64,000 nucleotides of DNA, taken from NCBI GenBank assembly GCA_963758295.1, contig CAVWUU010000002.1, forward strand, positions 128,001 through 192,000, read 5' to 3'. How positions within the stretch are numbered: position 1 is the first letter of the stretch; every line of letters begins with the position of its first letter. The stretch comes from Candidatus Eremiobacteria bacterium (GTDB taxonomy: Bacteria > Vulcanimicrobiota > Vulcanimicrobiia > Vulcanimicrobiales > Vulcanimicrobiaceae). The notes beneath the pieces are model-generated. The model had not been told where the DNA came from. It worked only from the letters and a program-made list of their open reading frames with translations, and searched no databases. Shown here piece by piece: positions 13,087 through 23,174 of the stretch. The position numbers and the translations under genes were made by a program.

Positions 13087-13803
13087 TCACGCTTCGAGCA
13101 GCGACTCGGGGACCTCCGCGATGGACCGGCACACCGCATGAGGCGGCGGCACTTGCGCCGGGAGAGTCTCGTCGCGCACGTTTAACCAAACGGTGTACAA
13201 GCCGGCGTCAAGCGCTCCGCGGATGTCGCGTTCGTACCGGTCGCCAACCATCGCTCCGTACATTGGCGCCACGCCCATTTCGGTGCACGCGTGCGCGAAG
13301 AGCAACGGATCCGGCTTCAACATGCCGACTTCGTCTGCAATAAAAATCGCGTCGAACAGCTCGCCGATTTGCAGTAGCGCGATCTTCTCGCGATGCGTTT
13401 CCGAGAAACCGTTTGTAAGAAGCCCGAGCACCTTTCCTTGGGCGCGAAGATTTAGGAGTACGTCTCGGGCACCGGGGAAAAGTTCAAGGTGTTTCTTTCG
13501 ATATGCATTGTAGTTGTTCGCACTGCGTTCCGCTAGTAAGGCATCCGAAAGCCCTACGCGCTGTAGTGCGGCGTTCCACAGCTGGGAGCGCACGCCGGCG
13601 AGCTTCGTGTCAAGCTGATCGGCGGTTAGGCGATGCCAAAACCCCTCCGCTTCGGCGACGTATGCGGTCTTGAGAGCGATCGCATCGACCCCGTGCTCGG
13701 CCGCGACTTCGCGCGCCACCTCTTCCGCCGCGCTTTGATAAGCCGCCGTGTCGTCGTGCAGGGTGTCGTCCAAATCAAAAAGGACGGCGTCGATTCTCCG
13801 CAT
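13087..13803 (-). CDS. HAD-superfamily hydrolase (YjjG/YfnB-like)
   Basis: FDLDDTL, LLTNG, KPDP, VGDRYERDI. Confidence 0.92.
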   Translation of the reverse strand: MRRIDAVLFDLDDTLHDDTAAYQSAAEEVAREVAAEHGVDAIALKTAYVAEAEGFWHRLTADQLDTKLAGVRSQLWNAALQRVGLSDALLAERSANNYNAYRKKHLELFPGARDVLLNLRAQGKVLGLLTNGFSETHREKIALLQIGELFDAIFIADEVGMLKPDPLLFAHACTEMGVAPMYGAMVGDRYERDIRGALDAGLYTVWLNVRDETLPAQVPPPHAVCRSIAEVPESLLEA

Positions 13804-13805
13804 CG

Positions 13806-16262
13806 CTAGAAGCGTACCCGAAAACTGCGAAGACCGAAGCCCGGGATCGTCGCAAGCAACTCCTCGTTTTCTATTTTTACGTCATCTACAATCGGGCGCT
13901 CGAGCGCGTCGACCGCATGGGCCTCGCGCATGCGGCCGCCGGCGCGCAGGCGCACCGGCCGCGCTTGGCCGTCGCATTCTCGAACGCGAACGATAACGCC
14001 GTCGCCGTCGGCCGCCGGTTTGCATGCGACGACGAGCAGCGAATCGTCGGAAGTCGTAAAAAGCCGTACGCGACGCTCGTGAGCGAACTGCTCCCATGCA
14101 CGTTCCAACGCGCCGGTTGTTGCGCCGGAAAAAGGCACGAACGCCCAAGAAAGATGCATCACCCCGCGATCCGCTTGCGGATCCGGCCACGACGTTCCAC
14201 GAAGCAGCGAATGACCGAGATGCAAGCCGCCTTTCGGCAATGCGCGGGCGCTCCAGCCGTACGTGTCGAGCGCGAACACGGCCAGACCGCGCGCCGCGTC
14301 CGCAGCGGCCGCAAATCTCTGGCCCGGAACTTCGAACTTCGCCCGTTCTTCCGGCGTTTCGTTTCGCGCACTGCGCTCTATCGTGCCGTGTGCCGCGCCG
14401 TACGTGACAATGCTCGAGTCGATGGTAAGCCAATTTTCGACGCGCAAAAGAGTTTCGCGCTCGTGCCAATCCAGGGCTAAATCGACTCGCAAAAACGGCT
14501 CGCCGGCATGCAACGCCAATCGAAGTGTTCCAGGTGATTCGCCGACCTTTACGCCGATCTCAAGGCCGCCTTCGATCTGGTTCGCCTCCAGCATGTCGAT
14601 GCGAACGCGATGCCGCTCGTAACCGGCGTCCACATTCCACGCCTCCCATTTGCGCGGACGGTCGCGATATGCGGCAAGCAGATTCACCTGAGCTGCAACG
14701 TTAGGCGCGCCCGTCGCCGAAAGTTCCGTAATGGTTCCGGACCGGGTAACGCGCGCGCGTAGTAATCCGTTGTCAAAAAGCCACTCGTCACCGTCGCGTA
14801 CCGGCTCGCTCCTTTCAAGCCCCCGTTCGTGGCGCGGCGCGCGGGGCAAAATGCCTCGTGCGGCGGTCGCGATGCCGCGCGTGAGCTCACTCGCATCCTC
14901 GTATTCGGAAACAACGTCTTCATAGACGGAACGAATCGACGTTCCGGGCAGTACGTCGTGGAATTGATTGCGCAAAACGACGCGCCAAACGGCGTCGAGC
15001 CCTTCGCGAAGCCGTGCAATGGTCTCTCGCGGCGCATGAACGGCGGCGCACCACGCAACGTGTTCTTCGGCGGCACTCAAAGCGCGTTCGAGCGCCGCAT
15101 TTGCGGCCTTCACGTCGTGATGGGTGGTGTAGACGCCGCGATGGTATTCGAGATACAACTCATCTTCATGCACGGGCAGCGATTCGCGACGACGATCCAA
15201 CGCTTCGAAAAAGTGGTACGGATGTTGCCACTCACCAATTTTGGCTGCTTCGCGTAAATGCGCTTCCGTCGGGCCGCCGCCGCCGTCGCCGTACCCGACC
15301 ACCATTGGTTCGCGCCGTTCGCGCGCAATTGCCGCGCGACGGGCATCCGGGCCGCCGTCGTACGAGGCAATTAGCGCCCCGAGCACTTCGCTTCCGTCGG
15401 GACCACGCCACCGGAATTGCGGGTATGGGAAGCGCGTCGTCTCATTCCACTGAAGCTTCGTCGTCCCAAAATACGGGATAGCGGCATGCGCGAGCAACGT
15501 CGGCAGCGTGCGCGTAAAGCCGAAACTGTCCGGAAGCCATGCAAGTTTCGGCTCGATTCCGAACTCGGCCATGCAAAAATGGTGCGCGTACAGCATTTGA
15601 CGGAGCAGCGATTCGCCGGACGGCAAATTACAATCCGGCTCGACCCACATAGCGGCAACGCCGGCGTCGAAGCGCTCCCCGCGTACGGCGTCGCGCACGC
15701 GTGCAAAAAGCTCCGGATCTTCTTCGGCTACGAACGCATAGAGCTGGGGCTGGCTTTGAATGAAGATGAAAGACGGATCGCGCTCCAGCAGAGCCAACGC
15801 ATTGGCGAACGTTCGTACCGCTTTTCGTTTGGTTTGCTCGTAGGTCCAGAGCCACGCAACGTCGAGATGCGAGTGTCCCCACAGCGGAATTGCGCCGCCG
15901 GAAGATTTCTGCCTCTCAACCGCGCCATCTGCGGCATCGCGGACGTCGACGTAGGCTCGCGGTTCCGGATGGGAACGCGCCACCATCCAACGCCAGCGAA
16001 TGTCGTCGCCGGGCGGCAAGCCGTTCGTGGGAAGTCCGTGGCGTTCGACGCTTAGCTCCAGCACGCGTTCCGCGGATGAGGCGGGCACGACGATCGATGA
16101 GTGTTCGCGGTCGAACGCGCCCGCGGTTCTGCCGTCGATCGAAGCGATTGCGCCTACGCGCGTGCGGTAATGCAATTCCTGCGTTGCGGACGCGGGCGGG
16201 AGCGCGGCCTGAAGCGTCACCAGCGCTTCCGTGCGGGCGATTTCTCGCAGCTTCACCCGCAT
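13806..16262 (-). CDS. Alpha-mannosidase, GH38
   Basis: HSHLDVAWLW, WLPDSFG, ELYLEYHRG, NQFHDVLPG; start placed at ATG 16262. Confidence 0.93.
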   Translation of the reverse strand: MRVKLREIARTEALVTLQAALPPASATQELHYRTRVGAIASIDGRTAGAFDREHSSIVVPASSAERVLELSVERHGLPTNGLPPGDDIRWRWMVARSHPEPRAYVDVRDAADGAVERQKSSGGAIPLWGHSHLDVAWLWTYEQTKRKAVRTFANALALLERDPSFIFIQSQPQLYAFVAEEDPELFARVRDAVRGERFDAGVAAMWVEPDCNLPSGESLLRQMLYAHHFCMAEFGIEPKLAWLPDSFGFTRTLPTLLAHAAIPYFGTTKLQWNETTRFPYPQFRWRGPDGSEVLGALIASYDGGPDARRAAIARERREPMVVGYGDGGGGPTEAHLREAAKIGEWQHPYHFFEALDRRRESLPVHEDELYLEYHRGVYTTHHDVKAANAALERALSAAEEHVAWCAAVHAPRETIARLREGLDAVWRVVLRNQFHDVLPGTSIRSVYEDVVSEYEDASELTRGIATAARGILPRAPRHERGLERSEPVRDGDEWLFDNGLLRARVTRSGTITELSATGAPNVAAQVNLLAAYRDRPRKWEAWNVDAGYERHRVRIDMLEANQIEGGLEIGVKVGESPGTLRLALHAGEPFLRVDLALDWHERETLLRVENWLTIDSSIVTYGAAHGTIERSARNETPEERAKFEVPGQRFAAAADAARGLAVFALDTYGWSARALPKGGLHLGHSLLRGTSWPDPQADRGVMHLSWAFVPFSGATTGALERAWEQFAHERRVRLFTTSDDSLLVVACKPAADGDGVIVRVRECDGQARPVRLRAGGRMREAHAVDALERPIVDDVKIENEELLATIPGFGLRSFRVRF

Positions 16263-16264
16263 GA

Positions 16265-16666
16265 CTACGGCGCCGGCGAGATCTTCAAACCGCTGACCTT
16301 TTTGGCAACCGGGTCGTAGACGAAGAGGTAATTCCAACGGTCACCGGACGGAAACGTCACCACATAGACGTAGTACTCCGAACCGCCCTGTCTTCCGCTT
16401 TGAATCTGTTGGAAGGACGTCGGCTCGCCGAGCGGCGCGACTTGCGCGGCAACCTGCTTGATCATCTCGTTGGTGAGCGCATCGTTCATTTGCGGCGTCA
16501 GCTCGGAGCGATCGATGTCGCCTGTGACGATACGATGGAAGAAGCCTTTCGCTCTTTCCATCATGGCCGCGTTTGGGGACGGCGCACTGGACGGCACGGG
16601 GGCGCCCAGGGCCATTGTCTCCATTGCCGCCAGCGCGAACACCAGACTCGTCAGAAGACGGCTCAT
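16265..16666 (-). CDS. Secreted small protein, DUF3887/NTF2-like domain
   Basis: Signal peptide, AAGGAG SD, pattern similar to the C-terminal domains of the two serine hydrolases in this window. Confidence 0.7.
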   Translation of the reverse strand: MSRLLTSLVFALAAMETMALGAPVPSSAPSPNAAMMERAKGFFHRIVTGDIDRSELTPQMNDALTNEMIKQVAAQVAPLGEPTSFQQIQSGRQGGSEYYVYVVTFPSGDRWNYLFVYDPVAKKVSGLKISPAP

Positions 16667-16676
16667 GTGCTTCTCC

Positions 16677-18719
16677 TTATGGGCCGACGAGCTCTTTCAA
16701 GGCCGAATCGAAGATCTTCGGCGCCTTGCCTTGGAAGAGCAGCGATTCATTGCCGCCGATTTGCTTGCGAATTTCCACGAGCTCGTCGCGAAGCGCGGCA
16801 GCCTTTTCGAACTCGAGGTTCGCGGCGAATTCGCGCATTTTCTTCTCGAGATCGGCGGCCATCTTCATGGCCACGTCACGCGGAATTTTCTCGAGCTTGA
16901 TCTTCTCGGTCGTTCCCGCATCCGCGCCCAGCATGCTGAGAATGTCGTGAATCTCTTTGCGGATCGTCTTCGGCTCGATCCCGTGCTCCAGGTTGTGCGC
17001 CATCTGACGTTCCCGGCGGCGTTTCGTTTCGCCGAGCGCGCGCGCCATTGATTCGGTGACCACGTCGGCATACATTACGACCTTGCCCTCGACGTTGCGC
17101 GCCGCGCGGCCGATCGTTTGAATCAGGGAGGTTGCGCTGCGGAGGTAGCCTTCTTTATCAGCGTCCAGGATGCCGACGAGCGAGACTTCCGGCAAGTCGA
17201 GGCCTTCGCGCAATAAGTTGATCCCGACGAGCACGTCGAAGACCCCCAGGCGAAGGTCGCGCAGAATGGCGACGCGTTCCAGCGTGTCGACTTCGCTGTG
17301 AAGGTAACGCACCTTCATGCCGTTCTCCAGCAAGAAGTCCGTGAGGTCTTCCGCCATCTTCTTCGTAAGGGTCGTTACCAAAACGCGCTCTTTGCGAACG
17401 ACGCGCTGGCGAATCTCTTCCATCAGATCGTCGACCTGATTGCGCGTCGGACGCACCTCGACTTCCGGATCGACGAGTCCCGTCGGACGGATAATCATCT
17501 CCACCGTCTGCGAACTGCGTCCCACTTCGTACGTGCTTGGCGTCGCCGACACGTAGATGATCTGGTTGACATGCTCTTCCCACTCGTCGTAGGTGAGCGG
17601 ACGGTTGTCGAGTGCGCTCGGAAGGCGGAATCCATGTTCCACGAGCGTTTGCTTGCGCGAGCGGTCGCCCGCGTACATCCCGTGTACCTGCGGCAGCGTG
17701 ACGTGCGACTCGTCGACGAAATACAGCACGTCTTTCGGGAAGAAGTCGAGCAAACACCACGGCGTTGAACCCGGCTCGCGGCCTGTGAGGTGACGCGAAT
17801 AATTTTCGATGCCGTTGCAGTAGCCCACTTCGCGCAGCATGTCCAGGTCGTAGCGCGTGCGCATTTCGATACGCTGGGCTTCGAGCAATTTTCCAAGCGA
17901 GCGGAAGTACTTCAAGCGCTCTTCGACCTCGTCTTCGATCGAGATGATCGCGCGGCGCAGCTTCTCGTCCGGCGTGATGAAATGTTTTGCCGGAAAGATC
18001 AACAGCTCGTCCTTGCTCTCGACGTACTCGCCCGTCATGAGGTTGACGACATTGATGGCGTCGATCTCGTCACCGAAAAATTCGATGCGGTGCACCAGCT
18101 CTTCGTCGACGCCCACGAATTCGAGCACGTCGCCGCGCACGCGGAAGGTGCCGCGCACAAGGTTGAGGTCGTTGCGGCGGTACTGCATGTCCACGAGCTT
18201 GCGCAAGAACGCGTCGCGGTTATATTCCTCGCCGACTTTGATGCGAGCCGACATCTCCATGTAGTCCGAAGGCGAGCCTAAGCCGTAGATGCACGACACC
18301 GAAGCCACGATCAGCGTATCGGGCCGGGTGAGCAACGACTGCGTAGTCGAATGACGCAAGCGTTCGATCTCGTCGTTGATCGAGCTGTCCTTTTCGATGT
18401 ACGTGTCGGTGGAAGGTACGTACGCTTCGGGCTGATAGTAGTCGAAGTACGAGACGAAATACTCGACGGCATTGTTCGGGAAGAACTCGCGGAACTCGGC
18501 ACACAGCTGAGCGGCAAGCGTCTTGTTGTGGCAAAGCACGAGCGTAGGCTTCTGGACGAGCTCAATAACCCGCGCCATTGCCATGGTTTTGCCACTGCCC
18601 GTTACGCCGAGCAACGTCTGAGCGCGGTCACCGCGCAGAACGCCCTGGGCCAGGGCGTCGGTAGCGCGGGGCTGGTCGCCGGCGAGCTTGTACGGAGAAA
18701 CGAGTTCGAACTTCGGCAT
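16677..18719 (-). CDS. uvrB: Excinuclease ABC subunit B
   Basis: [36 protein letters not shown]-terminal UVR; start at MPKFELVS. Confidence 0.99.
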   Translation of the reverse strand: MPKFELVSPYKLAGDQPRATDALAQGVLRGDRAQTLLGVTGSGKTMAMARVIELVQKPTLVLCHNKTLAAQLCAEFREFFPNNAVEYFVSYFDYYQPEAYVPSTDTYIEKDSSINDEIERLRHSTTQSLLTRPDTLIVASVSCIYGLGSPSDYMEMSARIKVGEEYNRDAFLRKLVDMQYRRNDLNLVRGTFRVRGDVLEFVGVDEELVHRIEFFGDEIDAINVVNLMTGEYVESKDELLIFPAKHFITPDEKLRRAIISIEDEVEERLKYFRSLGKLLEAQRIEMRTRYDLDMLREVGYCNGIENYSRHLTGREPGSTPWCLLDFFPKDVLYFVDESHVTLPQVHGMYAGDRSRKQTLVEHGFRLPSALDNRPLTYDEWEEHVNQIIYVSATPSTYEVGRSSQTVEMIIRPTGLVDPEVEVRPTRNQVDDLMEEIRQRVVRKERVLVTTLTKKMAEDLTDFLLENGMKVRYLHSEVDTLERVAILRDLRLGVFDVLVGINLLREGLDLPEVSLVGILDADKEGYLRSATSLIQTIGRAARNVEGKVVMYADVVTESMARALGETKRRRERQMAHNLEHGIEPKTIRKEIHDILSMLGADAGTTEKIKLEKIPRDVAMKMAADLEKKMREFAANLEFEKAAALRDELVEIRKQIGGNESLLFQGKAPKIFDSALKELVGP

Positions 18720-18885
18720 GGTGCGGTACTTCGACACAGTGCGCGGCCACTCGGTTTCGGCCCGGGCGCCCGCAGCCGCTTTTGTAGCACTCCGACGCCC
18801 TGACGGCTGCCTGCATTCAAGGTGTTTCCGCGCGGAATGGGCGAACCTCACAGCGTCCCCTCGCACACTACGGAGAAACTTCCCG

Positions 18886-19902
18886 TTGAGCCACAACCCC
18901 CTGGTCTTTAGCGGCAGTTCGAACCCGGCTTTGGCCGAAGAAATCGCCAAGCGCCTGAAGCTGCACGTCGGCAAGGCGTTGGTTTCCAAGTTCAAAAACG
19001 AAGAGACCCGCATCGAGATCCAAGAGAACGTGCGCGGCTCCGAAGTCTTCGTGGTGCAATCGATCTGCAAAGCGCCCAACGGCAACGGCGTGAACGATGC
19101 CGTAATGGAGCTGCTGCTGATGATCGACGCCTTGCGTCGCGCGTCGGCAGCGCGCATTACCGCCGTAATGCCGTACTACGGCTACGCGAAGCAGGACAAG
19201 AAGACCAAAGGTCGCGAGCCGATCTCCGCCAAGGTTCTCGCGAACATGCTGAAGATCTCCGGCGCCAAGCGCATCGTGACGATGGATCTGCATGCCGCCC
19301 AAATTCAGGGCTTCTTCGATCAGCCGGTCGACAATCTGATGGCGCTGCCCACGCTGTGCAATTATTTGAAGAAAGAGGGCTTGTGCGACCAGCGCGTTGT
19401 GGTGGTTTCACCCGATGCCGGCGGCGTGCATCGCGCCGAACTCTTCGCGAAGCGCCTGAATAGCTCGCTCGCCATCGTTTTCAAGCGGCGCCCGGAGCCC
19501 GACGTTTCCGAAGTGACCGATATCGTCGGAGACGTCAAGGGGAAGATCGCCGTCATCGTCGACGACATGATTTCTACGGGCGGCACGCTGGCGAAAGCGG
19601 CCGAAGCGATCAAGGCGCGCGGCGCCACGCAGGTTTATACGGTCGCGACTCATGGTATCTTCGCTGGTGAAGCGATCGAGGTGCTCGAGCAATCGGAAAT
19701 CGAGCGCGTGATTGTAACCAACACGATCCCGCTGCCGGATGTGGATAAACATCCGAAATTCGTGCAACTCTCCATCGCTCAAACGTTCGCCGAAACGATC
19801 ATGCGGATCACGACGAATCGTTCTGTATCGGAGCTCTTCAACAGTGAGGACGGGCCGCGCCCTAGCGAACCGGTTCCCGCTCCGGAACCGGCGGCCGTCT
19901 AG
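18886..19902 (+). CDS. prs: Ribose-phosphate pyrophosphokinase
   Basis: [40 protein letters not shown] start after GGAGA. Confidence 0.96.
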   Translation: MSHNPLVFSGSSNPALAEEIAKRLKLHVGKALVSKFKNEETRIEIQENVRGSEVFVVQSICKAPNGNGVNDAVMELLLMIDALRRASAARITAVMPYYGYAKQDKKTKGREPISAKVLANMLKISGAKRIVTMDLHAAQIQGFFDQPVDNLMALPTLCNYLKKEGLCDQRVVVVSPDAGGVHRAELFAKRLNSSLAIVFKRRPEPDVSEVTDIVGDVKGKIAVIVDDMISTGGTLAKAAEAIKARGATQVYTVATHGIFAGEAIEVLEQSEIERVIVTNTIPLPDVDKHPKFVQLSIAQTFAETIMRITTNRSVSELFNSEDGPRPSEPVPAPEPAAV

Positions 19903-19933
19903 TCCTCTCGATCTCGGAGGTTAGCGTTCAGGA

Positions 19934-20584
19934 ATGGCCAGCAAAGAACAGGTACTTACAATCGAACGCCGGGAACGCACCGGCACCAGCAGCGCGCACC
20001 GTTTGCGCGCCGACGGCAAGATTCCGGGCGTTCTGTACGGACACGGCACGGCGCCGATTCACCTAGCCTTTGATGCGCGCACCTTCACCGATATGCTCCA
20101 ACACGGCAACGCGCTCGGCGTGCTCACGCTGAGCATGAACGGCAAGAAATCCGACACGGCGATGGTTCGAGAGATTCAGCGCCATCCGGTGACGCACCGC
20201 ATCGAACACGTCGATCTGCAACGCGTGTCGGCGCACGAAGCGGTGCACGCAAAGGTTCCCGTCGCGACCATCGGCACGCCGCGGGGCGTGCGTGATTTCG
20301 GCGGCGTCATGGAAGTGCTGCTGCATGAAGTCGAAGTCGAAGGACCGGTCGACGAACTGCCGGCGCAGGTGGAAATCGACGTCGCAGATCTGGGCATCCA
20401 TCAACACGCGAGCGCCGGCGACATTACCCTTCCCAAGCACTTCAAGCTGCTGACCGCTGCCGATACGATTATCGTCTCGGTCGATGCGTCGAAGACGGCG
20501 CGCCTGCTCGAGGAAGCCGAAACCGGCGCCCCGGCCGAAGAAACGCAACCCGAACTCATCGGGAAGCCGGAGGGCACAGAATAG
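19934..20584 (+). CDS. rplY: 50S ribosomal protein L25 / Ctc
   Basis: LRADGKIPGVLYG, EIQRHPV..IEHVDL; prs-rplY-pth synteny. Confidence 0.95.
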   Translation: MASKEQVLTIERRERTGTSSAHRLRADGKIPGVLYGHGTAPIHLAFDARTFTDMLQHGNALGVLTLSMNGKKSDTAMVREIQRHPVTHRIEHVDLQRVSAHEAVHAKVPVATIGTPRGVRDFGGVMEVLLHEVEVEGPVDELPAQVEIDVADLGIHQHASAGDITLPKHFKLLTAADTIIVSVDASKTARLLEEAETGAPAEETQPELIGKPEGTE

Positions 20585-21150
20585 CCAGCCCCGCTCCATG
20601 CCTGATCGTTGGATTGGGCAATCCCGGCAAAGAGTACGAAAGAACCCGGCACAATGCCGGGTTCATGGTTGTCGACCACTTGGCACAGCGCTACGGGATC
20701 TCGTCATGGAAGAACAAGGACAGCGCACGGCAAGCTTTTGACTCGTCGCGCCGGGTCGTGCTCGTGCAGCCCACGTCGTACATGAACCTCAGCGGAACCC
20801 CGGTGCGGCTCATTTCATCCTGGTACCGGACGCCTCCCGAAGAGATCCTCGTGATCGTCGATGAGATGGATTTGCCGTTCGGGGCGCTTCGCATGCGCCC
20901 GTTCGGCGGACACGGGGGCCACAACGGCCTGCGTTCGATTATCGCCACCGTCGGCGATCGTTTCCCGCGCCTGCGCGTAGGCGTGGGGCGGCCGCAGTTC
21001 GACACCATCGACCACGTTCTGAGCCCCTTCAGCGCCGAAGAGACGAAGGCGCTCCCGGACGTCGTCGCCGCGGCCGCAGAAGGCGCCGATCTGTGGCGCG
21101 AACATGGAATGGAACGCGCCATGCAATACGTTAATAATTGGAAACTCTGA
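20581..21150 (+). CDS. pth: Peptidyl-tRNA hydrolase (start uncertain, probably ATA 20581)
   Basis: LIVGLGNPG, TRHNAGF, YMNLSG, GGHNGLRS; no in-frame ATG/GTG/TTG between the rplY stop and LIVG. Confidence 0.93.
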   Translation: MASPAPCLIVGLGNPGKEYERTRHNAGFMVVDHLAQRYGISSWKNKDSARQAFDSSRRVVLVQPTSYMNLSGTPVRLISSWYRTPPEEILVIVDEMDLPFGALRMRPFGGHGGHNGLRSIIATVGDRFPRLRVGVGRPQFDTIDHVLSPFSAEETKALPDVVAAAAEGADLWREHGMERAMQYVNNWKL

Positions 21151-21191
21151 GCTGGGTACATCCGATAGTACAAATAAGGAGGTGAGCTGCC

Positions 21192-21866
21192 TCGCAAGGA
21201 TTCACCGGCAAAACCTTCGTCGTCCGCGTTGACGACGCTACAGCCCACGACGCAAGCGCCACGCTTGTAGACGATCTTTACGTGATGGCCGAGCGCGAAG
21301 TGCACCCAATTGTGGTTGCGCCCGATCCGCAAGCCGCACGTGCCATCGTCCGTGCCATCAACCGCAGCACCAACGTCGCCGTCGCCCTAAGCGGCTCGGA
21401 CGCTGCGCTTCTTCCACACACGCCAAACGGCATCGGCCGCGTGCAGCGGGGCATTCTCGACACGCTGACCGCGGCCGGCTACATTCCGGTCGTTTCACCG
21501 ACGGCGTTCGCCATCTTTGCCGATCGCGATGCCAACGTCGCCGCCGACGACGTTGCGGCGGCGATTGCAAAGGCTTGCGAAGCCGCGCGAGCGATCTTTT
21601 TTCATCGCGCAGGGGGCGTTCCAGATCCCGAAACCAACGCCGTAATCAACGAACTAACGCCGTCGGAAGCGCTCGCATTGGCGGACGACGAGCGTATCCC
21701 ATTCGATCTGCGTCTCGCAATTCGTGCGGCGGCGCTTGGCGTTCGCGGGGGAATTCCCGCCGCGCAAATTGTGGACGGACGCGTGGCGCATGCAACGATC
21801 GTCGAGCTGCTCACCACGCAGCATCTCGGAACGCAAGTCGTCGGCGGACTCGTGTTTGCGGCTTGA
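21192..21866 (+). CDS. Degenerate acetylglutamate-kinase-like (amino-acid-kinase fold) protein; start codon atypical
   Basis: FTGKTFVVR...HPIVVA...AVALSGSDA...GYIPVVSP...NVAADDVAAAIA...IVDGRVAH...GT; the frame is open from 21186, upstream of the tracked GTG 21282. Confidence 0.75.
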   Translation, partial: SQGFTGKTFVVRVDDATAHDASATLVDDLYVMAEREVHPIVVAPDPQAARAIVRAINRSTNVAVALSGSDAALLPHTPNGIGRVQRGILDTLTAAGYIPVVSPTAFAIFADRDANVAADDVAAAIAKACEAARAIFFHRAGGVPDPETNAVINELTPSEALALADDERIPFDLRLAIRAAALGVRGGIPAAQIVDGRVAHATIVELLTTQHLGTQVVGGLVFAA

Positions 21867-21875
21867 GTTCGTGCG

Positions 21876-23138
21876 TTACGGACAGCCGCTCGGAACGTGA
21901 TTGAGCGCAGCGATTCGGTCGCCGGCAGGCGGAATCGACGAGAGAAACCACCGCGACGCCATCCCCGGGCACGTTTCATCCAGGTGTTGATCGGTTGACC
22001 GCACGACCGCGCGTATCGCCGAATCCGGATCGGCCGTTAAGGCGATCGCATAGCGATCGGCGTTCCACGTCATCTTGCGCAAAATCGCGTTGTCGATGGG
22101 TGCAACGAGAATGTAGACGCAGCCCAGCAACGCCGCAACGAGCGCCAGGCGCGCGATAGGATCGTCGTCGCGTCTGAACCCGATTCTATCCGCGATAAAT
22201 ACCGCAAGCGCGATGCCGAAGATCACAAGCAGCGCGTTATATGCCGCGACGCGCATCGGATCGTTTGCCGCCACCTCGCCCAATTCGTGCGCAACGATGA
22301 AGCGCAGTTCGCCGAGCGTTGCGCTAGCCACGACGCCTTGCGTCAGAACGATCCGGCGAGTCGGTCCAAGGCCTTCAACGATCGCGCCGGTTTGCGATCC
22401 ATCGGAACGGCGGTCGATGACGATCGGCGCCGTTTGATGCGCCGCGGTGCGCAACGGCTCGAAAGCCGCGGAAAACGAGGCGGGCAAGGGCTTTTGTTCG
22501 CGTAGAGACGGCGAACCGAAATACGGCTCGACGTATGACACGAGAAAGCTTCCGGCGACGATCGCAAGCATCGTGTAGATGTACCATTGGTGCGTGCGGT
22601 CGACGAGCCATAAGACAAAGGCGACCACGACGCCCGCAATCACCATCGCGAGCAACGTATTCAACAGCCACGTAATCGACCAGCTGCGAATGAGCACGCT
22701 GGAAATGCCCATCACGCGGCCGACGCGGAATACGTAAAAGGCGGGAATCAGTGCAGCTAAGCGCGCTATGAACACGAGGGCCGCGCCGAAGAGAAACCGG
22801 ACGTAGATTTCGTTTCTGAGGCCGTTCCGTAGGCGGTCGCGGAGTTTCGCCGCGGCGCCCGATTGCCAAAAATAGGCAAGCACGAGCACTTGAAGGACGA
22901 TCGACGCAAACCAACCCGGCAACATCCAGCGCGCGAGACGCTGCGCCGCTATTTGCCTATCGGGATCCACCAGTTCGATTGCCGGTTGATGCTCGAGCTG
23001 CGCCGCCTGGAGGCTATTAACGCGCCGGTCGAGCCCATTCGGGCGCGCAATGTCGGCCCGCGCGCAAACGGGAACAAGCGCGCCGCCGCCAAGCAGCACC
23101 AATACCACGACGAGCAATAGGCGGCGTAAGACCGTCAT
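21876..23138 (-). CDS. M48 (Ste24/CAAX-like) membrane peptidase homolog with altered Zn motif
   Basis: Multi-TM N-terminal domain, GLGPTRRIVL, ELRFIVAHELGE, ADRYA, PPAGDRIAAL. Confidence 0.85.
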   Translation of the reverse strand: MTVLRRLLLVVVLVLLGGGALVPVCARADIARPNGLDRRVNSLQAAQLEHQPAIELVDPDRQIAAQRLARWMLPGWFASIVLQVLVLAYFWQSGAAAKLRDRLRNGLRNEIYVRFLFGAALVFIARLAALIPAFYVFRVGRVMGISSVLIRSWSITWLLNTLLAMVIAGVVVAFVLWLVDRTHQWYIYTMLAIVAGSFLVSYVEPYFGSPSLREQKPLPASFSAAFEPLRTAAHQTAPIVIDRRSDGSQTGAIVEGLGPTRRIVLTQGVVASATLGELRFIVAHELGEVAANDPMRVAAYNALLVIFGIALAVFIADRIGFRRDDDPIARLALVAALLGCVYILVAPIDNAILRKMTWNADRYAIALTADPDSAIRAVVRSTDQHLDETCPGMASRWFLSSIPPAGDRIAALNHVPSGCP

Positions 23139-23174
23139 GTGCCAGCTTTTCGCCGCCGGCCTCCCATAGCTTCC

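Noticed and set aside
18720..19157. Long N-terminal extensions of uvrB and prs in the ORF track (also nnr, meaB, the GGDEF gene, archaemetzincin)
   Set aside because: They overlap neighbouring or divergent genes; family motifs begin at downstream starts
21138..21185. Possible UGA readthrough or selenocysteine at TGA 21183 from TTG 21138
   Set aside because: The TGA is part of the SD sequence, I saw no convincing SECIS-like hairpin, and no Cys-equivalent position is expected there
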